DNA of 64,000 nt from Octopus bimaculoides (lineage: Eukaryota), in the NCBI RefSeq assembly GCF_001194135.2, contig NC_068985.1:32285204-32349203 (forward strand), read 5' to 3'. Positions 1-45,200 of this stretch are shown piece by piece; positions within the stretch are counted from its first letter, which is position 1, and each line of letters opens with the position of its first letter. Made by a program: the position numbers and the translations under genes. The notes below the pieces were generated by a model that saw only the letters and a list, made by a program, of their open reading frames with translations, was not told where the DNA came from and did not search any database.

Positions 1-3000
1 ATATATATATATATAACTGCATTTGTAATTATCTTTATTAACATGTCTATGAATGCATATTTTACACACACACATTAACTTTAACAAAGAAAAGGTTGAC
101 AGTGACTTTGAAGTTTTGGTTTACTAGTCAGCATCAGCTTAACTTTGAAGTTAACTTTTCATAAGTAAAAAAATTTTTTAAATGCACTTTACCAAAATGT
201 ATTGAGTGATTCTTCAGTTTAATGTTATATAGCTTTTATACCAAAGTTCAAATAAAAACAAACATTAATACCCACACTCGCACAAATACATATACATGTA
301 TTTGGGTTTGAGTATGTACAACTATCAACATTTCTGTTTTGATTTTATTACAATATTATAATAGGTTTGATAAGGACACTGAAAACAGTTATTCCAGAAT
401 GTTTTCTGCTTATGCCTGACACGGATGACATTGCTGTTTAAGATTTGGGAATACTGGCCAGGAATATCTCAGACTGAAACATCTCTGAAATGTTGCTTGA
501 ACATGCTGTTAGTTAATTACTTCTTAAAACAAGGTGTTTTCTTAAAAAAAAAGAAGTAAAGTTAGACCATTGACTTGAACCAGCAATAATCATTATTATG
601 CAATGCATCTAATATATCAAGTTTTAAATGTTTTAAAGAACTTAAGGCATATGATTCTGATATATTAAGATATATGAGTTTTTCTTTTTAGTATTCAAAG
701 ACATGATTAATACTCCAAGAATACCATCTGCTGTCTAAAATATTAACCATGAACAATGACTTTTGGCATTTCAGATATACTCCCCTAAAAAATGATGAAT
801 ATGTGAGAATAAATTCTCAGCTAGAATGTTTTTAAGGATGCCTTTTTTTGGATTGTTTACTCAACTTCACATTGGCATTATTTGCACCCATTTTCAAGTA
901 ATATTCCTGAATTAGGCTAGGGATTGACCAAACTGGGTTCAATATTCTAACCACTGGCCTATTGACCTGAAAGACTATAGTGTTGTCATTTTAATATACT
1001 TGAACATTTGTTTCCATAGTTTTCTTTTCCTTTATTATTATTATTGTTGTTGTTGTTATTATTTGTTAAGTCCATGTTGACAAATATATATATCTTTTCC
1101 TGTGATGATATTTTTGGATGTACTTACACATCTAATGATAAGAAATAAACTGAAAAATAGCCCTCTCTATACAAACTACTAATTTCAGGAAAATACAAAT
1201 ACAATACTTTAATCAAAATTTCATTAATGAATTCATGCAAAACTTTCTTGAAAGATCAAATTCCATCTGATTTATCTTCAACAAAGATATTAAAATTTGG
1301 GCGATATAAAATGAGGTTTGTCAGTCTTATGGGAATCCTCAATGAATAATAATAATCATTCTATGAAATGATATATGAGAGATTTTTTTTTAATCAATGA
1401 AAAAGCATAATTCAGAAAGTATTTTAGAAGACCTGAGATTTTCAAAATGATACTAAACATCTTTAATTTGAATTTTTGTCTTCTTTTTTCATTTATTGAA
1501 CTACACGAAAAGCTTAACTGGAGGTTATATAGATCCCCTGTTATGAAACAGAAATAAGGGTTATTAAATTAGTTTATTGTGGCCATCAAAGACAATATGT
1601 TCAAAAAGAAAAAAAAGCATGAAAATATTTATAATTTCATTTTAAAAAAAAGAATTTTCAGATAAAGGGCTTTCAAACTAAATCAGATTTGTTAGAACTG
1701 GAGATAAAGTTTGAAATGAGTATGAGAAAAGATTTGGAGAGGCTGTTCAGAAAATAGATGAAGTATATCTTGGTTGAATTTATTATCATATATATATTAT
1801 TGTAGTTTGAGATCTGAAGAACTAACTCATTTACATTGAATGCAGTTTATTAATTTTTCTGAGCAAATGTATGATGAGGTTTTGAGTTGGTTATTGTTCA
1901 TTTGCTGAGAGAAGTTGACACATTCTTTGTGGATATGCTTAGACATTTTATTTATCAAATAAAATTAAGAGTCATAGTTGGCAGAGTCAGGACAGTGCTA
2001 GCCAAAAGTTCTATGGCTTGTGCTCTTTTAGTGACACTACATTGTGCCTATAACTCTCAATCACTCTGACCACTAATTATAAATATATATACTGCAAAGC
2101 AGATATAGCTGAGTGCTATAACCAGATTATATAGAACACTATTGATTGTAGTAGAGTTCAAAAACTAATGAACAGCAGCTGCAATTAACCTGTGTTCCTA
2201 TCAAAGAAAACAGTTCTTTTTCATGACTTAAAAATATTCCTCACAATGACAATTTTGGGTAATTGAAGTGGATAAAGAGTGAATGAAGGAAGACTTACCA
2301 ATATTGTTTTCCCATTACAGAAAAAAAGTAAACCTATAATTTCAAGGTTCATTACAAAACAGAATTTAAGATTTTGGAAATAAAAAATATTAAATGATAG
2401 TCATTAGAGAAATAAAGTTTAAAGTTGTAGTGGTTGAATAATAGGAAATACTGTTCAGGAAGTAACAAGATTCTTACAGTGGTAAGTTGTTTGGAACTCT
2501 TAAAGCAATTTAAGTTGTATAAAATGGAACAACTATTAAAGAAATAATATATTACATGAGATCTAAAAAGTAGGAATCTTCATAATTAGTTTATGGTAAC
2601 CACTCCATTGAAAACATCACAAATCCCTAAACTTTTAAAAATCAGTTTTAAACTTTTGTAATGTAGTCATATTTTTCTCTAAAATCCATGAAAGTGAAAG
2701 ATAAAGAGAAAAAGAGAAAGATTATGAATGAATTCATCCATTCTGTTAATAGTAAAAGCAAAAAGAAAGAAATTGAAAGAGATTACATTTTCACATTGTA
2801 GTTTTCAAGAGAGAAACAAAACTGTTTAGATAAATCCAGAAATATATTGCAGATGCTAATGTAATTACTGTTCTTGTATATCTAAAGAGATTGTAAGTCA
2901 AATTGGGAGTGTAACAACTGAAATGCTTTAATGAAGGCAGTAAGTGTTGATATTGAAAAAGTAACCATAGAATACTTTGGTTCAACCCTGTAAACTAGTG

Positions 3001-3102
3001 TTATTAAAAACTGCTTTTGATCATCTAGTGTGGATTATTATTAGTTGAAAAATTAAAGGTTATGTTAACCATAGAAAATGATTAACAGAAAGGTGTTATC
3101 AG

Positions 3103-3334
3103 GCGGCGAGCTGGCAGAAACGTTAGCACGCCAAGCGAAATGCTTAGCAGTATTTCGTCTGCCGTTACGTTCTGAGTTCAAATTCCGCCAAGGTCGACTT
3201 TGCCTTTCATCCTTTCAGGGTCGATAAATTAAGAACCAGTTACGCACTGGGGTTGATGTAATTGACTTAATCCCCTTGTCTGTCCTTGTTTGTCCCCTCT
3301 ATGTTTAGCCCCTTGTGGGCAATAAACAAATAAC
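3103..3334 (+). mobile_element. tRNA-derived SINE (family A: ggcggcgagctggcagaaacgttagc...)
   Basis: Pol III-like head with gagttcaaattcc B box and central gtcgactttgcctttcatcc domain. Flanked by 14-bp TSD aaaggtgttatcag (3089-3102, 3335-3348). Confidence 0.85.
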
Positions 3335-6300
3335 AAAGGTGTTATCAGTTATGATAACTAATTTATTTGAAAAAAAAAAAGTCAATGAAAGTGAATCTAA
3401 AGATGTATTTTTTTTTGGAATAATGAGAAACTAAAAAAATTAATNNNNNNNNNNNNNNNNNNNNNNNNNNNNNNNNNNNNNNNNNNNNNNNNNNNNNNNN
3501 NNNNNNNNNNNNNNNNNNNNNNTAAAAAAAATTATAAAACACAAACCATGCTGTGGATGTGGAAAGCTAAACAATAACCATGCAAACAACTTTTAGGTTT
3601 CATGTTATGTTTATTGTTAGAACCCAGTCTTAATAGGGATTTCATATATGAAAACTTATTTATAAAGCTATGTGAATAATGAAAATATTTATTTAACAAT
3701 TGCATTTCACTGGCATTTTATTTTCCAGAGAGGAAATGGATAAAGGATTTTATTTTATTGAAAAAAAAAAAAAAAAAAAAGGCGGGGAGTGAAGGATATA
3801 TTTTAATCAATTTCTTTCCCTATATCTATGACAGATTCTCTGAGATTCTTTCTCACTTGTGGTTACAAAGTGATTAATAGTAGGTGTTAAAAAAGAAGTA
3901 ATAGTGTAGCCAATGTCTTGTTACACATTTGTGGAGAAAGACCCCATTAATTCAATGGGGCACAAATTTTAAAGTGCAGTTTAAAAAATATTGAAGAGAA
4001 GATTTATTTTTCTGAGGGATATTACAAGAATTTTCTCAAATCAATTTTGGTATAAATATTTGAGTTTTACAAGAAAAATGGTAAAATGTTATAAAATTAG
4101 AGAATTTTTAGAGGCTTTCTATCGTTGCAATTGACCATAGAATAATATGACATTAGCATAGGAGGAACATGCATTTAAGTGCACCAATGCAATATCACAA
4201 CTCTTCCAGAATTTAAGAGAAAACAGTATAATTATGAAGGTTGACTTAGCTTCCTTGATATAGACTTATTGAGGAATAAAATTTACCTGAGGCAAATCAG
4301 CTCAGCTTAAAATTACCACAAATTGGTTGTCTTCAAGTTTCTTGCTTTGCTTCTAATGTTTGATGAATATTTAAAAAATATATATTATATAATAAAGAAA
4401 ATGTAATTTCTGAAACAGGATCCATTATTAGTGAGAACAATACGATTCTATTAACAGCTTCAGAATTATGGTACAAAACATTTAAAGCAACTCAAATGTT
4501 CATGGAAAAGGGTTAAAACAGACAAGTGAGAAAGTCAAAATTAATGGTAGCTTAAATTACAGAAGAAAAAGAAAGTAAAATACAATAAATCTAAATCTTG
4601 GAAATATTTTATTACTTGTATAACATCAAATCTACTAAGTGTAGGAAATAGACCTGGTGACTGTCCTTTTTTTAACTGCCATAGCCTGAAGTATGTAATA
4701 TGATTGAATGTAGATCAGCCAACTGATGCTGCCAAGTTAAAGCAACAGACTGCTTGTGACCACAGACTGTAAATCAGTTCACCACTAGAATCTCTTGCAA
4801 AAGATTGTTGATTTGCAAAATGTTAAGCTAATAACACAATGTTCAACTTATATTATTATAAAAATAATTAAGCCAATAGTGAAATTTAAGATAATCATTT
4901 TCATTCAGTACAAACCTGTAACATAGATCTGCTCTAAAAATAGAAACTAATACAAACTACCTTTCCATCAGTGTACAGCCTATAAACAAAGAACTAGAAT
5001 AACAAATATTTGCAAGATGTTTCATATTATTGTAAATGACAGATCACCATAAGATAATTTCTCTTTTTCTTTTCTTGTTAACAGTGCAATTAGGATCTGA
5101 GTTCAATTTGAATAAAAAAAAAAAAAATCAATGAAAGACTCATTTAAAAAGGCAACAAAACACTGGGGCAAGAGCCAAGCAGTGTCCCTAGTTAAAGAGA
5201 ATGAGTAATGTGCCTAGGTATAAGGTAAAACACATGTTTATGCCGGTGAATGTAGCAGTATATACATAAAAAGGGATTATGAGAGAAGCATGTTTATTAT
5301 AGAAATAAGATGTATGTTGTGAATTATGTATGAAGTGAGAACCATATTATAAAGAAACAAAATTAGATGAAGAAAAGAATTAAAGTGCATTGGCTTAGAA
5401 ACAAGAGTGAGATGACATATAGCTAATTGGAATGATGGAAGATGATGCAAAATGTGTACAGCTCACATCACAAATAAAATATTGCAAAGCTAAGCTTTAA
5501 TAGCAATTTCTACTTCATATAACTTGTTAATAACTCTGTAAGAATAAAAAGAAAAATGATAATTATATTTATTATTATAGTTATATTTTATTTTAAAAAT
5601 AACTAGTATTTATTCTTTTTGTTAGAACTTTTAAAGTATTTAATTTAGTATCCAAATAAAATAAATTATGATTAGCTGAAAAATTTTAAAATACAAATCC
5701 ACTTTCTTAATTTTCTCTGATTTCACAAATCGTTTTACTAAAATGTAAATTTACTTTAAAGTTTTTATTTTTTTATGTATTTATCAAATGAATTCTTGGT
5801 TCTTCTCCATTACATAATTTTAATATTATTTAATATATGATTACAAATTGATGAAAATCAATTTCTTCACTTTGCGAACCATTTCACTAATGTTTCACTT
5901 CAGCATTAAGACAAAGGAAGCATTGGAAAACCTCATCTATTGGGATTAAGAAAATAAGAAAGGTAAAAAAAAAAAAAGTTTATTTTGTATTTAGAAGGTA
6001 ATATTGACGTCCATTTCAAATTTGTTTTTATCATCTGCAATAGAAGGAATATTGGAAACTTTTGTCTGAAAATTACAAGGAGACAGCATACACTGCAAAA
6101 ACAAAATTCTCTTAAGAATATTACATTAAATTAGAAAATTTCTTGAAAAGCAATTTGTTATACTATACTGTTAAAATGAGATAAGAAAATAATTTATTAA
6201 TGATGTATTCTAATTCATTTATGAATGCTGATAAAATGAACTTAAGATCTGATAGGAAGTACAAGGACCATTCTTTGGTTATTGAAATTCTCAAAGTCAC

Positions 6301-9300
6301 CTTTATAGTACTTTAAAACCTTGTTAATGGTAACAATGAATTTTTGCGGCTTTCTGGAATTAAACTTTCTTCAAATTATTGATTTCTGATATAGGCCTCA
6401 ATTTGGAGGAAGACAGTTGCTTAACTCAGTCCCCAGTACTTCACTGGTACTTATCCAAATTATTGACATCAATAAAAAGACATTATAAACTACATCTGCT
6501 TTATAAAACACTAAAACCGCTTCACTTTATTTAGATTATTCTTTTGGAAAACTATGATTTCAGCTGATTTTCAAATTAGTATCATTAAATTCTGTTCATT
6601 TGCTGTTTCTTCTTCACATAAAAAAATGTGTGTGTGTGTATGTGTGTGTATATGCTTTAGACAATGAACAAAATAAAACAAAAGAAAAAGAAAAAACGAA
6701 AATTAAATAGAAAACAAATTTCATTTTTCTTGAATAATTTTTTATTGTCGTTAGTGTTGTAGAATTATCACTTCTGCTCTTTATGAAACTGAACAGAATT
6801 ACCTTGTAAAAAGAATTTCTTCAATGTTCCCGAAGAAACAATTAAATAATTCTTGATTGATTTTTTTTTTTTTTTGCTTAAAAAACAAATTCCAAACAAA
6901 AGATAAAATAAATAAACAAAATAAAAATGCTTGCAAAAAATAATACAAAGAATGTGGGAGGGGAATGGCCGGCAATATTACTGTTGCAGAGAATGTACTT
7001 TTCTCTTCCATTGTGAAATATATAGAATTCAGCTAATAACCCTCTGAATGTACAAAACTGATCCAAACTTACTGTTCTGTTCTACCCAGCATTAAAAAAA
7101 AATGATAACACAAAATAAAGAATTCTACATAAGCTTATCAAATTAATTCTTTAAAAGAAGTGTTGATGTATAAAGTAATGTGTATATTGTACATGCATGC
7201 CTTTTTCTTGTTTTTGCCAGCATATGTATGAGCATAAATTTGTACATTCATACAATACTTGCTTATAAATGCATGATTGATTATGCATTAATATAGAGAT
7301 GTTCAGAATAACACAAATACAAAGAGAGACACCAAAATACATACAGACAGCAGTAAAAACAAATGGAAAAAATACAATGAAAATGTAAGATACATTTCAA
7401 CTCTCTCCTCATATTCCTATCTTTAAAATTACAAACTAAGCTACCTAAAGTTAATTATTTTGAAATGAAGCACATTTTGTACACAAGTTATACATCCATA
7501 ACATTATTTTCTTATCCAACTGTCATTTTGTACAGGAATTGGAAGGAAATGTGTTGAAAAAGGAAAATACTTAAACTCTTTTACACAAAATCAAAGAAAT
7601 CTCTGGTTTAGAAAATGTATTTCTTTAGAAACTAAAATTAAAATTAAAAAGAAAGAGGAAAGAGAGAGTTGGGGAGTCTTAATTGATGAGATAAGCAAAA
7701 TTTGAAGCTATTATAAATCCTTAGAATAAATATAGACAAAAAAATTATAGTAGGCCAAACATAAGATTTTTTATCCAATATATCTAGGACATAAAACTGT
7801 TTTAATTCAATCTCCATTTTGTCAAAAAGATCCATACAATTACAATGTTTGGTATAAAGCAAAGAGTATAAAAATTAAAATTAGTTTCAGAAAATGTAAA
7901 TGTATGGCATATAAAAAAACTGACAAAGATGGAGTCATTTTGATATCCTGATAATAATCAAATGCAAACTAACAATAGACTATACATATTTAAGTAGATC
8001 ATAAAAATCTAGTAGCAATGTTGATGACAGATTTATAAGTACACTGGTGTTCCTTTTTTTCTCTTAGAGTGCTGTTTTGATTGTCATACTTACATTTTGT
8101 GTGCAGTATGTAAACACTGCACTGACTTACTATCAATTGGAGGACTGTAAGCACTGCAGTGACTTATTATCATTTCAAACCATTAACAAACCACACTAAA
8201 TATGAGCATAAAGTCTTATCAAAACAATGTCAAATGAATAGTTAAAAGGAAAAATTCTACAAGGCACTACTTAAACAAAATCTTGAACCATCCTGAAGCA
8301 AAGTGAAACAATATTGATTTAGTCATTAAACCCTGTCAGAAGCAAAATATAATTATTAATATAATTACTGTTGCTGTTCTTGATGTTACAGTAACATTAA
8401 AAGGAATATAAGTTATAGATAGACCAACATTTCAATTTTTACCTTCAAATTTGACAGTTTACATTGAAAGCTTAATAATAAATATATTTGAAATTTTAAA
8501 TAAAACCAGACATATACTGACACAGGTATGAATGATAAAAGAGAAAAATATTGCTTTGTTTATTGATAAAAACAATAGGCAAATAAAAATACTTCTGATA
8601 AAAAAATTTAAAAAAAGATAGTTTTCTACACACACACATACAATGTGCATGCATACACACACATGCATGCACATGTCTGTGCATGCATACACACATTTGC
8701 ACATACACGTACACACACACAGGAACTTGCATGAAAAAAATAATCAGAAAAATCTATTTCACAATTCTAATTTAGCTATAATTATGAACATGATTCTGTA
8801 CTGATTCCAATGGCACAATATCAGGATCTGGTTTATGATGATTTGTGTTTTTCCATACAAAATTGTTTTACTGTAAGCCAAGATCTAATTACAGAAACTC
8901 ATCTACCAGTATGCTGAAATTTGTTAACATAAAATTACTAGATAATAACCATTTGATGAAACATCACCTAACTTTAAGTCAAGATTTGCTTATAAAAGAA
9001 TTACATCACTGCATATGATAATTTGTCTGTATATAGTTATCACATAATATCCAAGATATGCCAAGATCTATTTATATAAAATTATTACCATATAAAAAAA
9101 TACCTAAGAAAACCCTTTCATATATATATATATATATATGAAAGGGTTCTTGTATGAACAAAGATTTATTTATCAATACAGTCTTAATGTAAAATTATTT
9201 AATAAGGAAACAATTATACTTCTACCTTTGCCCCAAGCAGAAGATACCTTCAATGTGAGAGGTAAATATTTGAAAATTTACATATAAATATATGACTGCT

Positions 9301-11040
9301 ATTACCAAATTAATTTATAGAGGAAAAAAAGTAAAGGACAGAAATGTAAAATGATACTGAAGTTAATTTTTGACTGCACATAATCAAAATGATTGGTATT
9401 ATAAACAATTGCAGCAAAGAAGGCTGAGAAAGACAAATATATCCTGACGAGAATATTTCAATGTTAAGCATTGTACTTTGTAGAGGTAATAAGACTGATG
9501 TAAGCAGTTGAAAACCAGTAGACACTGTCAACATTAATGAAAACAAAAACAATTAACTAATGAATTTTTGAAAGTTAATTTTATCAAAGCTAATTTCTGA
9601 TAACAGTTCTGATTTTAGAACTTACCAGTTAATTTTATCACAAGCATAAATTTGAATTACTCTTCTAATAAATCATTTTTTTTTCACCTTTCAATTCATA
9701 TTCAAATTTGGCTTAAAACTAAGAGAAATTGTTTTAATGTAGTCTTAATGTTTCAATAGAAATTTATATATTGGCAAGTTATAAATTTAGAGAAACACTT
9801 ATCCTTCAAAGATAAATTTATTTCAGATTTAAAAAAAAAATGACTGAGCAAATATTAATAGATTGGTGGTGTGTAGACTATCTCTTAATTACTTTGTGAT
9901 AAAAGGAAGAGACACTATTTTAATAGCAGACCATAGTTCAGGAACAAATATACCTATGACCATACTGAATTTGACACAAATGTTCTTAACTTCCAAACAA
10001 AAATATTTTACTAACATCAAGTGAAAATGAGATAATTACATACAAACTATATCATAATAATATACAGTTAATAATGCAAAATATTCTACAAGCCATCCTG
10101 CAGAGCAAGATATTATCTATCAAATGTTTATTGAAAACAAGTGAAAGTTAATAATGAAACATGAGCTTAATAGGCAAAAACCCAATTGAAATGCTTGCAA
10201 CCAGATAAGGCCTTTCTGTATAGGGGAAATTACAATTCATATTCTCTAGCTAACTAAAATGGAATAAAATAACTTGCTCTACAAACTAAGAATTCCACAA
10301 ATGCCTTTTGCTTAAACATTTTAAAATAAATTTCAGGGTATAGTTGGTCTTTGTTTTCCCACTCCTTTTAATTGTTGATTTTCCCCACTTCCCTTCCTGA
10401 CTTAAACACCATCTTCTCTCTGTGTGGATTCAAGCAAATGCATTTTCTATTTTCCCTCTCCAATTCTAACTTCTTCCCTCTTCATTCTCCAAGCTGACCC
10501 TGCTCTCTCTCTTTCTCACACACACACAAACACAAATTGAAACTTTCTTGGCCTTGTGTTCACTCTCCACATAGTTCCTTCACCTTAATTTATTTTTTAT
10601 TTGTTTCACTTTCTCTCTCTCCCTCATTCAGACACCAGGCAAGGCCTCCTTCACTACTCATGACAATTGCACTCTTACATGAATTCTCCTTTAAAATGGA
10701 GTGTGATATGTAACTGTCAGAGGGAAGGAAATTTAGGGAAACAAAGAGACCTCCAAACAACTAATTTTGAAGGAACTATTTGCTTCCAAAAAAAAAAAAA
10801 AAAAGAATAAAAGCTCTAGAACATATGAAATGGTCAAATAATGCACCAATTTTTAAAATTGAGATTAGTTTTAATATTTTTTTCATTTGTATTTTTAAAA
10901 AATAAATTTATTATCAATCAAGATTGGTGCTAAATTCCAGACCAGGTAAACACTCTGTATGTGCACTACAGATCCTGAAAGTAGTTACCAATATACCAAC
11001 ATAACACTAAGGTTAAAAAAAAAAAAAATGACCATTATAT

Positions 11041-11046
11041 TTTATT
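11041..11046 (-). promoter_or_regulatory. Candidate polyadenylation signal AATAAA for PEX19
   Basis: First canonical AATAAA I found on the minus strand downstream of the stop (~730 nt). The motif is common in AT-rich DNA. Confidence 0.3.
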
Positions 11047-11774
11047 AGGAAATACATATCAAAGGAAAGTAAAGTGATTGACTCAAATTCAAACTGGAGA
11101 TAACTAAAGTGCAGTGAAAGAAAGTAAAGAGTGAGAGGCGAGCAAAAGCAAATTTGACTTTCTTTAAAGAAGAAAATTTGTCAGAATTTATCTTTATAAC
11201 TGAACTTCACCTCCACATGGCAACTATGCTCATCTGTCTATCTATGCATGCATAGAGTCATGCAATAAATACACACACACATTTATGTATACACTCACAC
11301 ATGTTCATATAAATAGAAGAACTCATATATGCAGATGCATCTACATGTGTACAATAAAACAATTGGAACACAAACAGGATGCTATACAGATAAGGGAAGG
11401 CTAAAAAAAGAAGGGTGAAGTTAGGGTATTTTAAAAAGAATAAAGAGGTATCAACATAATCCCAAAAGTTTATCTTGGGTTGGAGGATTAAGTAATGGTT
11501 CATTGGAAGATAGTAGTGGTGAGGGAAAGACAAAAAAAAATAAAGATCACAGCTTGTATATTTGGAACAGTTCTCAGCACATCCATATTAGCAACCTCAT
11601 GTCTGCAGATAATTCTTCTCATTCTTGGTCTTTTGCAATGTTTCTTATTCACTTATGACATTATTGTCTTTCATTGGTTTGTTTTAAAGTTGATTTTTAT
11701 ATTTTTATATTTTTTTTTACCTTTTTGTTTCCTGGAATGTGTTGAGAGGAAAGCAAGTATTATTTTGAGTCCAC

Positions 11775-42003
<30,229 letters not shown>

Positions 42004-44250
42004 TTTGCAGTAGCACTGCTCCAACGCAGGCTGTTGTCAGTGCTCTGCCCTTAACACTATCTCTTTCTTCATAGAGGGCGTAATGATACTAAGTTTCGAA
42101 ACGTTTATTTGTCGAAATGTTCCCCTGTTGGGAATTTTAGAAAGAAAATATTTGTATTTTTATTCAGGGTATTCTGTATTTTTTGGTTTTTTAAACATAA
42201 AAAGGCGTATATCTATTACATTAATTATAACAGTATAAAACAAAATAGTTTAAGTTATCCGTACATTTGCTAAATCTTTCGTCACAAACTATATCACATA
42301 TTCAACGAAATTACGCTCTATAAGAAACAAAAAAAATGATATAATTTCCCAGCATTATATCACATTCTGCTTACTAATCATATCTTTATATTGTGATTTA
42401 CATAAAAGGCCTCATAAAATATGTTCAACTTTCTAATAATCAAAGTAAACGTTTATTTCCCATGACCTTTGCAAGCCCTACCTGGTGCGTGAGATCATTG
42501 TTGCTGTTCAGTTTAAACATGTATAGCTATATTATCTCTAACTATATTTTTCCCCAAAAGATTAAAGGTCAGCAACTCATACTTACAATAAAACCCTAAA
42601 TAAAAATTGGCTAAGTTAATCATATCTACTTCTTTCTCCACAACGGGAAAAATAATTTGAAAGTACATTCAGATATTACTCAAAAGCTCTATAGAATTGG
42701 GTTGCTTATTAATATCCTGCTTCTTTCAAACAATTGCTAAGCAAGTTCAGAAATGAGAGATTTTAGTGCAGTTGATTAGGTCAACACTGCAAAGTGAATC
42801 TCGAATATACAGCGAAGTATGAAATATTGTTATTTGAATCTGGAACATTGAAAATTGTCTTTTATCTCGTTGTGATTGCTATTGGGCTAATGGGTAACTC
42901 TTTGTCTAACGTCTTATTGATTTGATCAGCTTTTCCTTTGGGGAATAACTTCCAAAGTACAAAATCAGCCCTGGGTAAACTGCAACCTGCAGCACTTTCT
43001 GATTGGTACACCTAACGAAAACTTACCTAGATTTTTTTTTTTTTTTTAGTTGTGCGGCTCGTCTGATGATGAACGGTGTCTTATGAGGCCCTCTTCTCGA
43101 AAAAGGTTGACCATGTCTACTAAATCTTTTATCTTGGTAGAACCTATGATTTTTCATACTTTGTTTTTGATATATAATCTATTGGAGAACCCTGACATTT
43201 GTGTGTTATTTTATTGAAATTTCATTTCTAATTAGTTACTGGTAATTTCTTGAAGAAAGGGCTTAGGATCTTAAAATACAACACAGTTTATACCAGAATT
43301 TGAAATCTTCCTTTGTCCATTACAGAATTGTTATATAAGCTTTTAATAAACAATGTTTTGAATACAGCAATTTTAACAGACTAGAACATATACTAGATAT
43401 CAAGGATAAAATTACAGATGTGACAAGTTTGACTTATTGAATTTTAATGACACTTTTCCCTTGATAAATCAAAAATCACTGCCATAGGGTCTAACATATT
43501 CCAATCAATAATTACTGTTGAAGTTTTGTACCATTTTTACCATGTACAGATGAATATGAAGTTTTTATTGGACTTGCATCTATTAGTCTGAAGTACATGA
43601 CTCAGTTCTAAATTAGTGTTAGAAATTTTTTATTTTAGGAATTTCAGTTTTTCAGTTATTTAAAAATTTGAATGTTCTTACCTTTCAATTTTCTTGTAAA
43701 ATGATGTAGGCAAATATTTACAAAATTGCAAGAATGTTATGCATGTTATTTTGAATTTCAGCTTGTGCTGTTTATTTTAAAATTGCATACAAAGCATTGT
43801 AATATATGAAAAATTGACATATGTATGTTAATTTTTAGAGCAAAGGTTTTGTCATCAGATATATGTCATAAGAGGTTCCTAGATGGTTTTTGCAGTTTTC
43901 ATATTCTGTCATTGGTTTGGCATTGTACCTCTTAACTCTCTCTTAGTCCACTTTTCTGAAAATTTAATAGGAAACACAATCCACAAGGATACTGTAAAGT
44001 TGCCACCAAATCTTTACCTACCTGAGGAATATACAATAAAATTCACTCCTGCATATTCTCTCCAAGAAAACCAGGAACTAGTTTCGAAAGCCAAATCTTC
44101 ATTCAGTCTTCTATAAAGTAGATAAATACTACTCACCTGGACAAGGGAACACCATGAATTTGTAATCTAATTTCAATTTCTAGTTGTAGCCATTTCACCT
44201 CCTGTACAAGTAAATCTTACTTAAATATTCAGTTATTCTATTTTTCTCTA

Positions 44251-44467
44251 TGAAGGGGCACTGAAAAGTTCCTGGCTTTGGGTAAAAGAAAATACAGGAG
44301 GATCAGTTAATTATGATTTTATTCAACATATTCCCCTCTCAGATTCACACACTTATTGCAGCAGTCCTTCAAATTTTGAAAGCCCAGCAAAAGAATTCAG
44401 ATGGTTGGGCTACCAACTAGGCCTTTCACAATACCCTTAAAGCCAGAAGCTTTTCAGAACCTCCTCA
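44251..44467. mobile_element. Mariner-type MITE (217 bp)
   Basis: TA flanks (44249-50, 44468-69). TIRs tgaaggggcactgaaaagttcctggcttt vs reverse complement tgaggaggttctgaaaagcttctggcttt. Confidence 0.8.
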
Positions 44468-44997
44468 TAATTAATTTGAAAATTTTTGCTTGTCACAAAT
44501 CTAAGTTATCAAAATGTTCAAAAAGTCTGAAACAAACTATAATTCTAGTTATAATTTCCCAAAATAATACTTAATCCAAAAGCAAAAATACTTTTAATCT
44601 TCAAGCTAACAACTCTTATAATAAAAGTCAAACTAAACATTTAAAGTAGATTCTTGAACTTGTTAATGGTGACTCTGGTCTTTAACAGAACTTTTTTTTT
44701 AATTGAAGTATAATGGCAAACTTGATTTACATTAACTTTTCCTATTGAGTTTTATAAAAAAAAAATAAAGAAAAAAATTATAAAAGTAAGGTAAGAGCAT
44801 GTAAAGACTAACAGAAAGTATACTATATCACCCAATATGAAATATATAATTGAAATAAATTTTCAGTGTTTTGCATGATACTAGAGACGGGGAAATGGAA
44901 GTATATTACTGTAGCATGACAAGAAATATCACATCAAGCAAAGCTTTTGAAGGCTTTTCCACATGGTCTCCATTTTTCATTCAAAAACAGTTGATTC

Positions 44998-45200
44998 ATC
45001 ATCACCATTTAACATCCATGTTCCATGCTGGTACAGATTGGACGATTTGACAGAATCAATGGGCCTAAGGACTGCATCCATTGTCTGCTTTGACATGGTT
45101 TCTATGGTTGGATACCTTTCCTAATGCCAGCCACTTTACAGTGTGTACTGGGTGCTTTTTTCATGCCATCAGCACTAGTGTTGCTGTCATGCAGTTAGCA
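44998..45200 (-). mobile_element. RTE-type/SINE 3' tail fragment
   Basis: catcaccatttaacatcc...ggatacctttcctaatgccagcc, antisense to the shared tail. Confidence 0.65.

Noticed and set aside
1650-1757. Plus-strand exon-like frame IKGFQTKSDLLELEIKFEMSMRKDLERLFRK*
   Set aside because: No recognisable homology and no linked exons; expected by chance in AT-rich DNA.
6799-7066. Two overlapping minus-strand ORFs of 62-70 aa
   Set aside because: Run into poly-T low complexity; no motif or consistent splice context.
8083-8160. Two GTAAGT donors and an acceptor on the minus strand downstream of PEX19
   Set aside because: PEX19 already ends in a canonical CaaX exon, and no coherent frame continues.
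43063-43102. CTGATGA...GAAA hammerhead-like spacing
   Set aside because: No stem II closing pair and no stem I/III.
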